Of a DNA stretch of 28,575 nucleotides, positions 26,505 to 28,575 are shown in pieces; positions within the stretch are counted from its first letter, which is position 1, and every line of letters starts with the position of its first letter. The translations under genes and the position numbers were made by a program. The DNA comes from Eledone cirrhosa (taxonomy: Eukaryota). Below the pieces are notes generated by a model, which saw nothing but the letters and a program-made list of their open reading frames with translations, was not told the origin of the DNA and made no database searches. The stretch lies in contig CAXHJY010000749.1 of NCBI GenBank assembly GCA_964016885.1, positions 1 through 28,575 on the forward strand, given 5' to 3'.

Positions 26505-26569
26505 AACCAAATAAATATATTTTTAAAAAAAATAAGACTTCAGTTGCATTTTCGATTTCATCCCTTTTT

Positions 26570-26714
<145 letters not shown>

Positions 26715-26764
26715 TGTATTCATTTTTATTTCTTATTTTTCATATTCCTCCTGGCAAATCAAAC

Positions 26765-27368
26765 TATCGTCACATCCAACGTCACAATAACGTCACACCA
26801 ACGTCATACCAACGTCATATACCAACGTCACACCAACACGTCAAACTTTTGTCACACGAACGTCACACCAACGAATATCAATTTGATGCCATACCCAACG
26901 CACACCGCCCCACACCACACTACACCACACCATATCATACTTCCCCATACCACACGCCATTACATTACACTACACCACACCACACTACACATTCAATCAA
27001 TTGGAACAACAACAACACTGCCATTGCCTTGTCTGTGACCTGTGACGCGCCACTGACACTCCACCGCCATTGCTGTATTTGTGATTTGTGACTCGCCACG
27101 CCGTAATTTCTGACTTGCGACTCGCCGCCGCCACTACACTACCACCACCACTACCACAACCATCACTGTGTTTGTTATATGTGACCCTCCAACGCCATTA
27201 CACCACTTCCACCACCATCACCACCACATCCACTACCACCCTCACCATCACCACCATCACCGTGTTTGTAATTTGTGATCCTCCACGCCATTACATCACC
27301 CCACCACCACCATCACCGTATTTGTTATATGTGATCCCCCCCCCCCACACCACTACACCACCACCAAT
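26765..27368. repeat. C/A-rich low-complexity tract: (caacgtca)-like, (CACAC/TACAC)n and (ACC)n with a recurrent tgtttgt...tgtga-c motif
   Basis: Direct inspection. Confidence 0.8.
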
Positions 27369-27393
27369 CAAACTGCTCCTCCGCCCCGCGCAG

Positions 27394-27725
27394 CTGACAG
27401 ATGAAGAACGCGTCTTTCTAAATGCAGCCACGCTGGGAGATGTCGGAGTCGTGCGCCAGTCAATTGAGGAGAACGAGATGCTATTCAATGTCAACTGTGT
27501 TGACTACATGGGACGTAGTGCATTGCATTTGGCTATTGACAGTGAAAAGTTGGACGTTATAGAGATCCTGTTGGACAATGTCAATTTCAATTGTATCGAG
27601 GAATCGCTGCTACACGCCATCAGCAAAGGAGGAACGAAAATTGTCAAGATCATCATTGAACATCCGACTTTCATGGCTGGGGAAAACAAGTTGCGTAAGA
27701 TGGACGGCGGTGAGGCCTTTTTCAG
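27394..27725 (+). CDS. Coding exon of a TRPC-family (TRPC3/6/7-like) transient receptor potential channel, N-terminal ankyrin repeats
   Basis: LTDEERVFLNAATLGDVGVVRQSIEE...NVNCVDYMGRSALHLAI...SLLHAISKG..KIVKIIIEHPTF matches the TRPC N-terminal signature; probable acceptor CAG at 27391-27393 (phase 0) and donor AG|GTAAG at 27725/27726; the 5' boundary is less certain than the 3'. Confidence 0.92.
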
Positions 27726-27780
27726 GTAAGGGGAGTAGGAAGGAGAGGTGGTGTTTCATTTATTTTCCTTTTACCGGTTC

Positions 27781-27820
<40 letters not shown>

Positions 27821-28015
27821 ATATATATTAACATAACATCTCGTTAAGGGTGAAGGCAGCGATTCTTTGCTTAAACTTTAATCTGTTATTTTAATAAATG
27901 TTTGCTCTAGGGTTCTGATATATTTGATATATATTTATCCTTATCGAACCCTCTTTGGATTCTAGTCTTCACATTTATTATTATTACTATATATATATAT
28001 AATACTATATATATA

Positions 28016-28316
28016 TATAATATTATAAAGAATGAGGAATCGGTGTTGCATCAATTCACATTTATTAACATATTACATATGTTTCTCCGCCGATCAGCTC
28101 GAGGCAAGATCAGTTACAGATGAAGATCCTTCGACTGCAGAGTCGGGTTAGATCTATAACAGATCTTGCCTCGAGCTGATCGATGGAGAAACATAATAAA
28201 TGTGAGTTGATGCAACACTGATTTCTCGTTCTTTATAATATTATACTCTGCTCTGCGTGACCATCGAGCACTCAACCAGCATACCGCCTACGGGCGCATA
28301 TACCTTGCAAACCTAC

Positions 28317-28320
<4 letters not shown>
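28016..28320 (+). mobile_element. Fold-back element with a truncated or decayed long-stem-II hammerhead
   Basis: Imperfect inverted repeat 28016-28245 between (TA)n tracts; the left arm read on the minus strand gives gga-GAAA-catatg-TA...aataaa; TGAAGA-tcc lies at the apex. Confidence 0.65.
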
Positions 28321-28368
<48 letters not shown>

Positions 28369-28401
28369 TATATATATATTATATATTTATATATTATATA
28401 T

Positions 28402-28575
28402 ATTGTAGCACAATAAAGCAATACAAATATCGGATTTATGTTGTTTAGACACTACCTTGCTCACAAGTGTGTTTTTTTAAGCTTCATATCATGTCTCCCT
28501 ATTTTATCTGATGAGAACGCAAATATCGTCCCTAGATGATATTTGTTTTTTAAATGCGCATAAAAAAATTCATAT
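28402..28575 (+). mobile_element. Family D element fragment with decayed hammerhead (28502-28568), cut by the window end
   Basis: ttttat-CTGATGA-gaacgcaaatatcgtc..gatgatatttgttttt-TAAA-tgcgca-TA; 28461-28575 aligns with 7291-7400 and 28402-28434 with the reverse complement of about 7475-7508. Confidence 0.75.

Overview
Repeat-dense, AT-rich animal genomic DNA, probably from an octopod cephalopod (inferred from remembered SINE-family resemblance, not verified). The only host coding sequence I can support is one exon (27394-27725, +) encoding the N-terminal ankyrin region of a TRPC3/6/7-like channel. Almost all other ORFs in the track are microsatellite read-through. There is one 5'-truncated RTE-clade LINE and several tRNA-derived SINEs. 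The main signal is about 20 intact or decayed minimal type I hammerhead ribozyme motifs (stem I - CUGANGA - stem II - GAAA - short, mostly palindromic stem III - UH - stem I') from several distinct families. Most lie in 150-700 bp non-coding fold-back (inverted-repeat) elements bordered by (TA)n tracts, resembling non-autonomous Penelope-like pseudo-LTR/retrozyme-type elements. One family carries the compensatory U3-A8 core and two carry U4C. All structures were read by eye, and coordinates of diverged elements are approximate.
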